Source: a virus (lineage: Duplodnaviria; Caudoviricetes). Taken from it: 38,111 bases of DNA. Under the pieces are notes generated by a model. It worked only from the letters and a program-made list of their open reading frames with translations. It had not been told where the DNA came from and did not search any database. Positions 1-9,690 of the stretch are shown piece after piece (the stretch's first letter is position 1; the number at the start of each line of letters is the position of its first letter). The position numbers and the translations under genes were made by a program. The DNA lies in the IMG/VR virus record IMGVR_UViG_3300037783_000036, positions 1-38,111 of that record, one strand, 5' to 3'.

Positions 1-92
1 TCAACCATGCCCTCTTGCCAGCCGGCAAAATCATCTTTATTCCATTTGTATCGGTAGTAAAAATTATAAAGCTGTATGCTATCGTTAGCCAT
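1..92 (-). CDS. 5' end of a gene running off the window edge, probably a tail fibre (MANDSIQLYNFYYRYKWNKDDFAGWQEGMV...)
   Basis: Hand-translated: ATG at 92 preceded by GAGGG, frame open to position 1. Lies directly after the gp48-like gene, where Mu-like phages place the fibre. Confidence 0.5.
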   Translation of the reverse strand, partial: MANDSIQLYNFYYRYKWNKDDFAGWQEGMV

Positions 93-102
93 GTTTCCCT
101 CG

Positions 103-795
103 CTATGCGGTAATCATATCGGCGCTATCAAGATCGTCGGTTATAATGTGTTGGGATCGGGCCGGCTCATAGATCGAAAGCTGCTCATCTATCTCGGTTC
201 TCTCGCGTGTGGTGAGCACATAATCATAGATTCTGACCTCATAGGTATAGGCCTCTTCTCGCATCCCGTCCCAATAGTCCTCGCTTAAGCCAAAGTCCGA
301 GGCGCTTTTGTCGCACAGATCCTCACCTGTGTAAGCGGACTGATTATAGCCCCCCAAAAACGTATTAAGGCCCAGCTCGGACACACCGATAAGCCAGGTG
401 CCATCGCCACAGCCCCACTCGATCAGCTCGACAAGCTTATCCGAGCCGATCACGGACTTAACGATCAAAGTCATATCGTCTTTAGTTAAGCCCTTGCGGG
501 CTTGGATGCGGGTTTTTACCAGATCTTGTTTTTCGGAAAGCGATAGGCTACCGCTTAACAGCTCGCCGAAAGCTTTGATCTCCCATTTCGCGATCGCCGA
601 GGCGTTGGCATACATCGGCCAGTAATTATCGTAGGTCGTCTCAAGGTTTTCATAGGCCGAGGCGATGCCCGAGGCGGTGGCATCCCAGTCGGCCGTAGAG
701 TAATAGGCTGAGGGCGCACCGTCGGGATAGACGTTTTCCGGGCTCTCGCGCTGGAGCATCCGATAGATCTCTTGTCGGGTCAAAAACTTTGGCAT
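103..795 (-). CDS. Baseplate wedge protein, Mu gp48/YmfQ (DUF2313)-like
   Basis: 230 aa directly downstream of baseplate J; ...AKWE...LSLSEKQDLVKTRI... and terminal 'EP A(R)S' pattern typical of the family; synteny. Confidence 0.7.
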   Translation of the reverse strand: MPKFLTRQEIYRMLQRESPENVYPDGAPSAYYSTADWDATASGIASAYENLETTYDNYWPMYANASAIAKWEIKAFGELLSGSLSLSEKQDLVKTRIQARKGLTKDDMTLIVKSVIGSDKLVELIEWGCGDGTWLIGVSELGLNTFLGGYNQSAYTGEDLCDKSASDFGLSEDYWDGMREEAYTYEVRIYDYVLTTRERTEIDEQLSIYEPARSQHIITDDLDSADMITA

Positions 796-797
796 AG

Positions 798-1988
798 CTA
801 TAGCTCGTTTATAGTGATCGTTCCCGGCACAGCGATCTCGGTTTTAGCAATGGATCGGTTCGTTCCGGTGGCCGATAGATCCTGGACCTGGCGATCGCGG
901 ACGATCGTAGCTTTAGCGCCCTCGGCAAAAGGCGAGGCCGATAGATTAAGGTCGATCTGCTCCTCGATCTCAGAGGCTAGCACATAGCCCGACGCGCCGA
1001 TCTTTCGGCCACCGACTGGCGTTTTATAGATGGCCCTTTTGACCTCTCTTGAAACCAGCTCGCCCTGGGACACGCTAAAGCCTGACTTAACGGTGTCTTT
1101 ATCGCCTGAGCTAAAGCGCACATTGACGCTCACATCGAGCGGCACCGAGGCTGGGGCGATAACGCTTGGACAGTCTGTGATCGGGGCCTGGCTCTCAACA
1201 TAGGATTGCACCGTCTCGATCAGTGAGGATGAGGGTATGCGCACGATCGCGTCACCGTTATCTATCGCTGTGTCGATATCGGTCGTTCCCGATGTGATCA
1301 CGACCGCCACAGTGCCAAAGCCAAACGCAAAGCGAACGACCGAGACCGAGGTCACGCTGTCGTCGGCGTTTTCGGCGAACGTCTCATAGTCTGCCACCTT
1401 GCCACCAGCCTGTGGCGTTTGGACCTGGCGCAAGATTGCGGCCGCTGCTTGTTCGCTGGTTTCAACATCCCGGCCGTCGGCAATGTTTCCCGAGGCGGTT
1501 GCGGTGCTGTCGATCCCGGCCGGTGGCGAGGACAAAGATAGCTCGGCCCCGGTCAAAAGATTTTGCACCTGGCCGGTATTGACTGAGCGGATGGGCACAA
1601 GAGCTGCCGTCGCAGAGCCCAAAGACACGCCGCTGGTGGCGATGTATTGGTTGCCGTTGGGATCGTATTCAAAGGTGGTTCCGGCGCTCACAGAGCTGCC
1701 TGTTGAGCCTGTGACGACCACATTGCCAGAGGCGTTGGTGGGCTGGATAAATCCGCGATCAAGGTGCAGATCAAGATGCCGCTCCAAAGCATCGCGCCTG
1801 GCCGATTGCGGGAACGCATCGTCGGCAATCCGTTTTTGATCAGCATACACACCAGACAGCACACCGCCCAAAACTGAGCCCCGGATATACCAATCGCTAT
1901 CAGAGCGTTTGGTATCGACCTCGGGCTTAAGGCCTTTTACATGATTAAGGTATTGATCTCGGATCTCCGAGGGCTTTTTTAAGGGCAT
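798..1988 (-). CDS. Baseplate J-like wedge protein (Mu gp47-like)
   Basis: 396 aa with FPQSA...LERH, G.D.ET.E, P.AGG...DY..FA and G.GTV.V motifs of baseplate J. Confidence 0.9.
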   Translation of the reverse strand: MPLKKPSEIRDQYLNHVKGLKPEVDTKRSDSDWYIRGSVLGGVLSGVYADQKRIADDAFPQSARRDALERHLDLHLDRGFIQPTNASGNVVVTGSTGSSVSAGTTFEYDPNGNQYIATSGVSLGSATAALVPIRSVNTGQVQNLLTGAELSLSSPPAGIDSTATASGNIADGRDVETSEQAAAAILRQVQTPQAGGKVADYETFAENADDSVTSVSVVRFAFGFGTVAVVITSGTTDIDTAIDNGDAIVRIPSSSLIETVQSYVESQAPITDCPSVIAPASVPLDVSVNVRFSSGDKDTVKSGFSVSQGELVSREVKRAIYKTPVGGRKIGASGYVLASEIEEQIDLNLSASPFAEGAKATIVRDRQVQDLSATGTNRSIAKTEIAVPGTITINEL

Positions 1989-1989
1989 A

Positions 1990-2364
1990 TCACACTCCGA
2001 GGCTCGGGATGTTTATCTGGTCCTGGGTGCCTTTGGTATCGACTATTTTTATCTGGCCGCCGACGGCATGCCGCGGATTGACGGTGGCCTCAACTGTGAT
2101 CTCCGAGGCCCGGCCATCGTCGACGATCGGTTGCAGAGCGCGCGCTGCTATTTTCTCAAAGAGATCCGTATCACTTGAGGCTCTGGACTTTTTTACGTTC
2201 GAAAAATCCGAGCCGTATTTCTCATCGGGCGCATACATCCAGCTGCCGCGCGGTATCCGCAAGCGAAAGTACGCGGCCACGCGCAAGCTATCGGTTTCGA
2301 CCGGGTCGCCGTTTTCCATCTTGTAATCACCCGTTGCCGGGTCTATATCCCAGGTCTGTGCCAT
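1990..2364 (-). CDS. Baseplate protein, Mu gp46/gp25-like (sheath initiator)
   Basis: 124 aa with RGSW...YGS and ARALQPIVDDGRA motifs; upstream of J. Confidence 0.85.
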   Translation of the reverse strand: MAQTWDIDPATGDYKMENGDPVETDSLRVAAYFRLRIPRGSWMYAPDEKYGSDFSNVKKSRASSDTDLFEKIAARALQPIVDDGRASEITVEATVNPRHAVGGQIKIVDTKGTQDQINIPSLGV

Positions 2365-2366
2365 GT

Positions 2367-2696
2367 TTACTCCGGGGCTGGATACTTGTCATTGATTGCT
2401 TTAATACGCCGTTGCATATCCGGCGTGAAAGCGTTGGCCTCGTAAAGATCTTCCAAGCGCTCATCAATCGACGGGTATTCGGCGCGTCGTTTATCGAGGT
2501 AACTCATTTCTTCCGGTTCAAGGATAATCAGCTCATTATCGGGATCAGAGATCCAGCTTTGAACTGTATGATAATCGCGATTGCGGCCGTCGATGGGAAC
2601 GTGGAGCATTTTGTTGTTTTTGAGCGTTACGGTAAACATGTGCTCGCCGCGTACTTGCGTTACTTTTTCGATTAGGTTTTCCGTTGGGATTGCCAT
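2367..2696 (-). CDS. Putative tail fibre assembly/chaperone protein
   Basis: 109 aa; NRDY..VQ.W and Y.DKRRAEYPSI.E.L motifs recur in small genes following phage fibre genes; directly follows a fibre-like gene. Confidence 0.55.
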   Translation of the reverse strand: MAIPTENLIEKVTQVRGEHMFTVTLKNNKMLHVPIDGRNRDYHTVQSWISDPDNELIILEPEEMSYLDKRRAEYPSIDERLEDLYEANAFTPDMQRRIKAINDKYPAPE

Positions 2697-3818
2697 TTAT
2701 AGCTCCGCGTCAAATTCTAGTGTTCCATCGCCAGCGAGATAATAACCACAGGCCCGGCCAGCCGTGGCTGAGCTAATCGACTGGCAGTTAAGACGGGCAC
2801 CGTTTTCGTTTGGGTGTAAAGATAGACCAGAAAATGATTCGTATCCAGACCCGTCGAAACATCTATGGTTAGTTGAGCCGCCGCCTATCGTTCCGGTATA
2901 AGATCCCGTTGGTGCAACCCTCATTCTGACCGGAAAATCAATCCAATGAGATGAATAGCTAGTTGATTGCCAGCCGGGAACGGCGTGCATGTCGCTGTTG
3001 ATCAGATAAAAATAACGATAACAGAGGTGTTGTTCCAAGCCGATAGGCCGTTTCTCAAAAGCGTTGGCAGCTCCACCCTGTTCGATCTGGACGTTGGCTA
3101 TATCTATCGTCCCGGACTGGTGGCCGAGAGTATCGGTTCTGTCGTCAAGACTGCCGCCTGATCCAGCTGACACCCAAAAGTTAAAGACCACATAATGGTC
3201 GTCGTTTGAGCCGATGGTTTTTCCCGATAGCGATGGCATAGTGAAAGTATAAGAAAACTTTTGCCATGAGGTTGATAGCTGGTGCTTTTGCACACCGATC
3301 TCGGTCACAGTCGCGCTTGGGCTCCCGCCTGAGCCAAAAACCTGAGCCAGCTCGTTTGATAGCTCCAGGGCGCTATCGGCTTTAGCCCAGAAACTCACTG
3401 TCACCTGTTCGCCGTTCAAGGTCCTCACATCTTCGATACGCTGGTTGAAAACAACATAATCGCTAGAGCCTGAGCCCCCGGCAAAAACCAGCCGCGAATA
3501 ATAGCGCGGTTGCCCATCCACATCGGTCTGCCCAGCGCTAAAGGATTGTCGCGAATGTGTGTGGGTCGATCCGTTTGTCGATATCCGCCAGCGATCAGCG
3601 GTTTGATAGCCGGTTGAGGATGAGACAATCCCACGCTGCCAGATATCAAAGCCACCGTTGATCAGCACATTGCGAAAGCTAAAGCCACCAAACACCTCGC
3701 CTAGCCCGTCTTCTAAAGCCTGGGCAAAATCATCTACCATATCCGGTTGAGTGATCGTAATGCCGGGTATGTTTTGGATCGCATCTGATATGCGCTTTGC
3801 TAGTCCATCGAGGGCCAT
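2697..3818 (-). CDS. Tail fibre/receptor-binding-like protein with a carbohydrate-binding beta-sandwich-type domain
   Basis: 373 aa; RNVLINGGFDIWQRG...ADRW, Q.IE, VTVSFWAK, VQIEQG..A..FE.RP...E..LC.RYF and FPV.MR..PT motifs typical of phage fibre domains. Confidence 0.7.
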   Translation of the reverse strand: MALDGLAKRISDAIQNIPGITITQPDMVDDFAQALEDGLGEVFGGFSFRNVLINGGFDIWQRGIVSSSTGYQTADRWRISTNGSTHTHSRQSFSAGQTDVDGQPRYYSRLVFAGGSGSSDYVVFNQRIEDVRTLNGEQVTVSFWAKADSALELSNELAQVFGSGGSPSATVTEIGVQKHQLSTSWQKFSYTFTMPSLSGKTIGSNDDHYVVFNFWVSAGSGGSLDDRTDTLGHQSGTIDIANVQIEQGGAANAFEKRPIGLEQHLCYRYFYLINSDMHAVPGWQSTSYSSHWIDFPVRMRVAPTGSYTGTIGGGSTNHRCFDGSGYESFSGLSLHPNENGARLNCQSISSATAGRACGYYLAGDGTLEFDAEL

Positions 3819-3821
3819 CGG

Positions 3822-4448
3822 TCAGCTATCCTTTGCAATTATCGTATTAGTTGAGCCAATGTTAGATTCCTTAAAGCTTGTAATCTCGCTTTTAAGCGAT
3901 GTGAGCGCCGCCGATCCTGTCGTAAACAAAGAGGCGTTTGATGCCGGCGCACCTGGCGAGGGATGCACATGGCTTGCGGTTTGATCGGATATCTTTTTTG
4001 TCTCATCCAAAAGACTTTGAATGTGGTCGATCAGATCCGCAAGAAAGCTTGTCAGTTTTTCGCCCAGCACCAGCGTCTCATCGGTCGAGCCTTTCTTTAG
4101 GTGGGCTCTGCCGCCTCTCATGTAAACATGCCAGCCATTGAACGCATACATTACGCTTTCGCCCTCGGCGAGATCATCGGGGCGGTTTTTGTCGCGGTGG
4201 CCCAGCGTGATCCGGTTGCCAGGATGATCACCGTGCCTAGCTGTGACCGATATGATCTTTTTTGGAGCGCGGCTGGCATAGCCAAAAGGGTGCATAATCG
4301 GCCGCTCAGTGATCGACGGCGAGCCCGGATAGAGGCTTTCGATCGTCTCGGTGTGAGCTGTGTTTTCGCCAGCGGCACCGGCCAAAATGATGTTAAGACC
4401 GCGCCGGATCTGATCGTCGATATATCGTTTATCCTCTGGTGTGAGCAT
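3822..4448 (-). CDS. Baseplate central spike, Mu gp45/P2 gpV-like
   Basis: 208 aa; HPFGYASR and RP.DLAEGES.MY motifs, HxH (HVH) metal-binding tip motif; follows gp44. Confidence 0.85.
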   Translation of the reverse strand: MLTPEDKRYIDDQIRRGLNIILAGAAGENTAHTETIESLYPGSPSITERPIMHPFGYASRAPKKIISVTARHGDHPGNRITLGHRDKNRPDDLAEGESVMYAFNGWHVYMRGGRAHLKKGSTDETLVLGEKLTSFLADLIDHIQSLLDETKKISDQTASHVHPSPGAPASNASLFTTGSAALTSLKSEITSFKESNIGSTNTIIAKDS

Positions 4449-5674
4449 TATGATCTGATCCTTGCGTCAGCGACGATAGTTCCTAAATTCGTAAAATAAA
4501 GCGCGCTCCGCTGCCCGCTGGTCTCATCAAGAGTGTAATCAGCTTGAAATAGATACATGAGCCGATCGAGAGAGCCCCGGTCATATTCGATGTGATAGAT
4601 CTTATCGACCTGGATCGGCTCGCCACGCTGGTTTATGTGTCCCGGCAGCTGGCAACGGGCGACGACCTCGTTCACGTTTTGCCTGGCGATCTCGCGCTTG
4701 CCATAGGCTTGCAAAAGGGTCTGATTGCCGAGAGCCAGCGTGTTTAGATCCTGTTGGCCCTGGGCCGCCTGGGCGTCTGGTGTGGAGATCACGACCGATT
4801 GCGGTAGCCTGTGGCCCAGCTTTCTAAGCCGCGTTGGACCGTCGGCGTCGTTAAGCATCGCCTGGGCGGGGCCGATCCGGTCCTGGACGATCTCTTGCCC
4901 GCTCCAGATTGGCAGGATAATGTTGGCAATCCCGGTCGAGCTGTATTCGACACCCATCGACGATACATTCGAGATGCGCTTTTGCTTGGACAGAATGAAG
5001 GTTCCCTGCTTGTCGCTGTCAAAGCTAGGCTTGCCCACATTCATTGAGCCATCGGGGGCCATCCAAGCGATACAATTAAGACCCTCAAGAAAACGCTGCA
5101 GGGCGGATAGTTTTTTCTCGCCGGGTTCGGTGGCAAAAAGAAAGCGCCCTGTTGGTGCATTACCGACAAGATTGACGCCTTTGATACGGGTATCGTTTAT
5201 GAGCACCCGCGCGGCGTTTTCGATCGTCGTCTCGTTCAAAAAGATGGGCTCAGCATCCAGCGAGATCGCGTCCTGATCTTCGAGCTGGCCCATGAGATCA
5301 CGCCCCTCAACCGAGATCTGCTCGCCCGCTTTCGCGTCGGTTTGTATGTTTATCGTGTCGATCATGCCGGTCTGCAGCGGGATATCATTGACCGTAAGCG
5401 TGACAAGATCGCCCTCTTTGATCTGCTCATAGAACGGATCGGCATTGGGCGTGGCCACCGTAAAGCTAAAGCTATCGACGGGCACCATGACAGAGCTGGA
5501 AAAATTATAAGCCAGAAAATCACTAAACACGCGCGTCTGTTTTGTCAGTAATGAGGTCACAAGGATTTTTACCGGCGGAAAACGACCTTGTTTTTGATAG
5601 CCCTCGCGGGTCGCGTTTTTCCCGGTGCCAAAAAACGCTGGTGGCCTCTTTTGCGATGTGATCGTCGTCGTCAC
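4448..5674 (-). CDS. Baseplate hub protein, Mu gp44 (gpP)-like
   Basis: 408 aa; D.FSF, TG.ID, V.GRD.MG.L.D and EPGE motifs; position after gpN. GTG start overlaps the gpN stop. Confidence 0.85.
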   Translation of the reverse strand: MTTTITSQKRPPAFFGTGKNATREGYQKQGRFPPVKILVTSLLTKQTRVFSDFLAYNFSSSVMVPVDSFSFTVATPNADPFYEQIKEGDLVTLTVNDIPLQTGMIDTINIQTDAKAGEQISVEGRDLMGQLEDQDAISLDAEPIFLNETTIENAARVLINDTRIKGVNLVGNAPTGRFLFATEPGEKKLSALQRFLEGLNCIAWMAPDGSMNVGKPSFDSDKQGTFILSKQKRISNVSSMGVEYSSTGIANIILPIWSGQEIVQDRIGPAQAMLNDADGPTRLRKLGHRLPQSVVISTPDAQAAQGQQDLNTLALGNQTLLQAYGKREIARQNVNEVVARCQLPGHINQRGEPIQVDKIYHIEYDRGSLDRLMYLFQADYTLDETSGQRSALYFTNLGTIVADARIRS

Positions 5675-6882
5675 GCCGGTATCCTCACACTGGTCCCAGG
5701 TTCTAAATAATTGACGCTGTCCAGCTCACTGTTTAGATAAAATAGTTCTGAAAACCTATCAGGCTTTACGCCATTAATCCAGCCCGCTTCTCTCAGGCTC
5801 ATAACACGCGGGATCTCATAGTCGACGATAACGGCATTAGAGCTGGCAACGCCGGCCTCAAGGGCCAGCTGGATCTGGTTCGCTGATTCGCGCAGTGACA
5901 CGATCTCATCGAAAAAATCCAGCTCCGCCCCTTCAGTCTCAAACTGCGATATGAGCGTGGCAATCTGCTCGCGAACGTCGATTACCGAACGCTCAAGGTC
6001 GGGCACGGCAAGAGCGGCTGTCGTCTGGGGCGGCAGCTCCGAGATGGGCACATCATTAAACGGATCAGATACCGAGCGCACACTGACAAAGGTTTCCGAT
6101 GAGACGCTGCCATCGGTGTTCCTGGTGCCGCCCTGATCGGTGGGCAAAAGGTTTGGGATATCCTGAGATCCGCCCTTTGTATTAAGGCTTGTGTTGATGC
6201 CTGTGAGCGTTTTAGCGGTATCGGATTTTAAGGTGCGCGCCAGGCTGTTGATGCGATCTTTGACGGCTCTGACAAAGATCTCGGCCGCCTCAACTTTATT
6301 AATCACACCGTCGATCACGCTAAAAACATTAAGAGCTGTCGTAAGAGCGCTTTTTAAACTGCTTTCTTCGATCTCCTCGCCCACATCGCCGATATCAAAG
6401 CTATGCTCGCTAAAGGTGATCTCCAGAGCCACAGCGCGCCGATCTGTGGACTTGTGCAACAGCTCGACTGTCTCGATCACACACGTCAGCTCACCATAGA
6501 TAGGATGGACCAGCGTCCCGGCCGTTGGCTTGTTGATCTCTTTTCGCAGCGCATCGAGGCCCTGGCGATAGCGCGGGCCATGGATTAGGACCTGCATTAC
6601 AAAGGTGCCGGCCGACTGTCCTAAATCATCGGTCGTCTGTCCGTCGCGATAGGGAAATTCGTATTTGACTTTCCTACGGCCGATCGTATCCGAAACGCTT
6701 TCGAGCCCACCTTGCCACGGTGTTTTCGTTTTAAAGACGTGAAAGCGGACCCCGTTATATGATCCCTCGCGGATGTTCCAGTCGCGGGGGCTGTCGATAC
6801 CAAAATTGGTGGCGGTATCGGAAAGGCTCTGTTGGGTGATCCGGGAAAAATCTGCCGGATCTGATAGATCAAAACGTGACAC
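5671..6882 (-). CDS. Mu gpN (gp43)-like 'DNA circularisation' tail protein with C-terminal LysM-like segment
   Basis: 403 aa; GSYNGVRF, GRRKVKYEFPYRDG..TDDLG, GTLVHPIYG N-terminal motifs; C-terminal LN..L...NYLEPGT.VRIP. Confidence 0.9.
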   Translation of the reverse strand: MSRFDLSDPADFSRITQQSLSDTATNFGIDSPRDWNIREGSYNGVRFHVFKTKTPWQGGLESVSDTIGRRKVKYEFPYRDGQTTDDLGQSAGTFVMQVLIHGPRYRQGLDALRKEINKPTAGTLVHPIYGELTCVIETVELLHKSTDRRAVALEITFSEHSFDIGDVGEEIEESSLKSALTTALNVFSVIDGVINKVEAAEIFVRAVKDRINSLARTLKSDTAKTLTGINTSLNTKGGSQDIPNLLPTDQGGTRNTDGSVSSETFVSVRSVSDPFNDVPISELPPQTTAALAVPDLERSVIDVREQIATLISQFETEGAELDFFDEIVSLRESANQIQLALEAGVASSNAVIVDYEIPRVMSLREAGWINGVKPDRFSELFYLNSELDSVNYLEPGTSVRIPA

Positions 6883-6894
6883 GGTTTAATCCTT

Positions 6895-8646
6895 TTAGTT
6901 GACTTTCCCTCGACCGCGTTTGATACGGCCCTCAAGTTTTTCCTGCAGCTTAACTTCGACCTCTGTCCTCTGTTTCACATAATGATCGAGCTGTTTCGTA
7001 GTATCTCCGCCGGCAAGCTTATCGAGTGTATAAAACAACCTGTCCCAAAAATTACCTTCTATTCCTGTTTTCTCATCGACCCGCGTGGTGGGCTCATCAA
7101 TGTGTTTTTTGACGACCGGATCAAGGAGATTCCCGACAAGCACACCGGCGACGCCCGCGCTACCTAAAAGGCCGGCTTTTGTTAAGACCTTGCTCATGGT
7201 TGAGGCGGCCGCTGCTCCGGCCGCTGTGCCCACACCAGCCAGGTTGCCGCCCATATCGTGAGCGTTGACCACATAGACCGGCTGGACGCTTTCGCCTGTC
7301 ACAGCCTGGCCGATTGCGCCTTTGGCCACGGTTCCCGCCAGGCCGCCACCGAAAAACCGACCCACACCGCGCAAGCCCACACCAGCTAAAAGCGCTGTTA
7401 AGATCCCGCCGCCAGCTGTGACAGCGAGAGAGCCCATATCGGATTTAGCCATCGTTTGGAAAAAATCTGTCGCCCCCTGTTCGACCTCGGCAAAAGGTTC
7501 GGCAAGCATCGCTTTGACCCGGTTAAGGCTTGCGGCAAAGGATTGCCCGAGAGAGCGGCCGCGATCGTACTGAGCGTTTACATCGGATTGCGCCTCGGCC
7601 ATCCGCCGCTGGGCATTAGTGACGTTATCGAGGTTTTCATAGAGCCTTACAAAGCCCTCGGCCGCCTCCTCTGAGAGCCCAAGCGTTTGAGCTGCCATCC
7701 GTGGATCGCCACCGATGCGGCCGATGATCCCGCGGGCAAATTCACGAAAGCGGTCGATGTTTAGCCCCTCATCGCCGAACACACCGCGGCCGCCCTGGGC
7801 CTCAAAGACGCGCCGCTGGATAGGTCCAGCCGATAAAAACTCTTCCAAAAAGGCTGTCGCGTTTGGCCCCCCAACAGCGGATATCGCGGCCAGGTTTGAG
7901 ACGGCACCTGTCCCAAGCGTTTTTCTTAAGTCTTGTGGCATATCGGCAAAGATCTGTTCGAGCGATGATAGCGTCTGTGATGCGGTTTGGCCGGTCTCAT
8001 TAAAAACCCGCCGCAAGGTTTCGGCCACAGCCCGGACCTCGCCCGCCTCATTAAAGTCACCGCCCCTTGCTTGGATCACCCGGAACAGGCCCTCGGTCAC
8101 ATCGCCCTCGCTGCCCTGTTCGCCCGTGATCGTCGTAAGCTGGCCGGCAAGGCGTAGGTATTCTTTAATCATATCCAGATCGCGCACAGGCGTTTTGACA
8201 AGCCCTTCTAAGCCCTGGGCCGCGGTTTCGCCGGAAAGCCCGATCTCGCCCAGGCCAGCCATAATAGATGCCTGAAAGCTGGCAAAGTCTTTTTGCGCAA
8301 TGCCAAAAGCCTCGCCGAATTTTCGAACAGTATCCGAGAGCGTGATACTTTCCGAGATCGCATCGCGAAACGTGTTGGCCATGTTGAATGATTCGGAGAT
8401 CGCGCTCATCGAAAACAGCGCTTTAAAATCATCGGCCAGCTGGGAGCCCACACGCCGACCCATCGAGCCCATATCGGAAAGAAAGCGGCCTGTGCGGGAT
8501 ACCTGTTCCGAATATTCATCACCCAAGCTTTCGCCCAAACCAGAAAGCCCCTGGCTTGTCTCAGAGGCTTTGGTACGGATACTTTCCAGCTCGCTTATAA
8601 CCTTATCGAGCCCCGATGATACATCTATCTGCACGTTTTGCGGCAT
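6895..8646 (-). CDS. Tape measure protein
   Basis: 583 aa, Ala/Gly-rich helical, hydrophobic Gly-rich C-terminal segments, VQPVYVVN motif; sits between the chaperone and gpN. Confidence 0.85.
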   Translation of the reverse strand: MPQNVQIDVSSGLDKVISELESIRTKASETSQGLSGLGESLGDEYSEQVSRTGRFLSDMGSMGRRVGSQLADDFKALFSMSAISESFNMANTFRDAISESITLSDTVRKFGEAFGIAQKDFASFQASIMAGLGEIGLSGETAAQGLEGLVKTPVRDLDMIKEYLRLAGQLTTITGEQGSEGDVTEGLFRVIQARGGDFNEAGEVRAVAETLRRVFNETGQTASQTLSSLEQIFADMPQDLRKTLGTGAVSNLAAISAVGGPNATAFLEEFLSAGPIQRRVFEAQGGRGVFGDEGLNIDRFREFARGIIGRIGGDPRMAAQTLGLSEEAAEGFVRLYENLDNVTNAQRRMAEAQSDVNAQYDRGRSLGQSFAASLNRVKAMLAEPFAEVEQGATDFFQTMAKSDMGSLAVTAGGGILTALLAGVGLRGVGRFFGGGLAGTVAKGAIGQAVTGESVQPVYVVNAHDMGGNLAGVGTAAGAAAASTMSKVLTKAGLLGSAGVAGVLVGNLLDPVVKKHIDEPTTRVDEKTGIEGNFWDRLFYTLDKLAGGDTTKQLDHYVKQRTEVEVKLQEKLEGRIKRGRGKVN

Positions 8647-8648
8647 AG

Positions 8649-8816
8649 CTAGCCTCTCGATAGTTTAAAACGGCCGTCGATGGCTGCATGGATCGCATAC
8701 CAAGTCAGCTGTCCGTGTGTGAGCCGTCGCTGGTCAAAAAACGCAGAGCCATGCTCCTTAGTTCCCAGATAGATAATTCGGTCACTTGATGCTCCACTGG
8801 CTCGGAGCTTTTTTTT
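8649..8816 (-). other. Programmed -1 ribosomal frameshift region giving a GT-type chaperone of 191 aa
   Basis: The -1 frame is open from the slippery sites to TAG at 8651-8649, 2 nt before the tape measure ATG (8646). It reads ...FDQRRLTHGQLTWYAIHAAIDGRFKLSRG. Confidence 0.75.
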
Positions 8817-9223
8817 ACCGTCTCGATAAGCTTATCCAGCTCATCCGGGTGCATAAAATCAAGGTTCGGATTGACCCGCTCACACGCTGCAACGTACTGC
8901 TTAAAAGCGTACTGGATCTCATCGTTTGTCATGTTATCGAGCACATAATCGGTCAGAACGATCTGGGTCGATTGCGGGTCCGGCTTTGTCGCCAGCTTTA
9001 GCGTTTCTTTGGCATACAGGGTGTGTTCGGTGATCCGGTTTCTTTGCGGTGGCGGAACTTTTTGCAAGAGATCGGCGACCGTTGCGCTAACGGTGATACT
9101 TTCCGAGATCGTCAACGGTCGCACCTGGATCGTGTAATCGCGTATCGTCACGGGCCAGTGATAGTCCACACCAGCCCGCATCTGTTCGATCTGTTCTATT
9201 CGGTCGTAATCTTGGGTTTCCAT
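8705..9223 (-). CDS. Tail assembly chaperone (G-type); a -1 frameshift would extend it to 8649
   Basis: 172 aa between tube and tape measure; in-frame slippery heptamers A AAA AAA (8816-8810) and T TTT TTG (8741-8735). Confidence 0.8.
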   Translation of the reverse strand: METQDYDRIEQIEQMRAGVDYHWPVTIRDYTIQVRPLTISESITVSATVADLLQKVPPPQRNRITEHTLYAKETLKLATKPDPQSTQIVLTDYVLDNMTNDEIQYAFKQYVAACERVNPNLDFMHPDELDKLIETVKKSSEPVEHQVTELSIWELRSMALRFLTSDGSHTDS

Positions 9224-9261
9224 AATCGATTGCCTTTATCGTTTTCTAGCGTCGTGATTTT

Positions 9262-9678
9262 CTATAGCTCCAAGCTAAAAAGCGAGCTGTTGCCAACACC
9301 GTCGGTCAGCTTAATCGCGCCGAAATTAAATGTGGTCTTGACCTCATCGCCGATACCGCCGGCATTATCTTCATTGTCTTTTAGAAACAAAGACGTGGCG
9401 ACAAACTGTTCGGCCCCACAGATAAAGGTCAGCTGCACATCGTTACTTTCATAGTCGATACTTTCCAGCTTGGGACGTGATAGCTGGTTTCGGACCGCTA
9501 TCACCACATTGATATCTATATCAGTGTTCCCTTGAACAAAGCCCCGATTAAACCCGTCGTCGCTCATGACCGGAACAGGACGGGCGTTTTTGTTCTGCCT
9601 TAAGCTTGCCGATTGCACATCGACAAGCCGAGTGCCGTTGACCGAAATAAAAGCGCGGTCTGCATATTTAGTCGACAT
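9262..9678 (-). CDS. Tail tube protein
   Basis: 138 aa, beta-rich, directly after the sheath gene; GGGAGA RBS. Confidence 0.8.
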   Translation of the reverse strand: MSTKYADRAFISVNGTRLVDVQSASLRQNKNARPVPVMSDDGFNRGFVQGNTDIDINVVIAVRNQLSRPKLESIDYESNDVQLTFICGAEQFVATSLFLKDNEDNAGGIGDEVKTTFNFGAIKLTDGVGNSSLFSLEL

Positions 9679-9690
9679 AAAATCTCCCTC

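Noticed and set aside
2697-3818. Diversity-generating retroelement or invertible fibre cassette
   Set aside because: No reverse transcriptase, invertase or duplicated template region is visible in the window.
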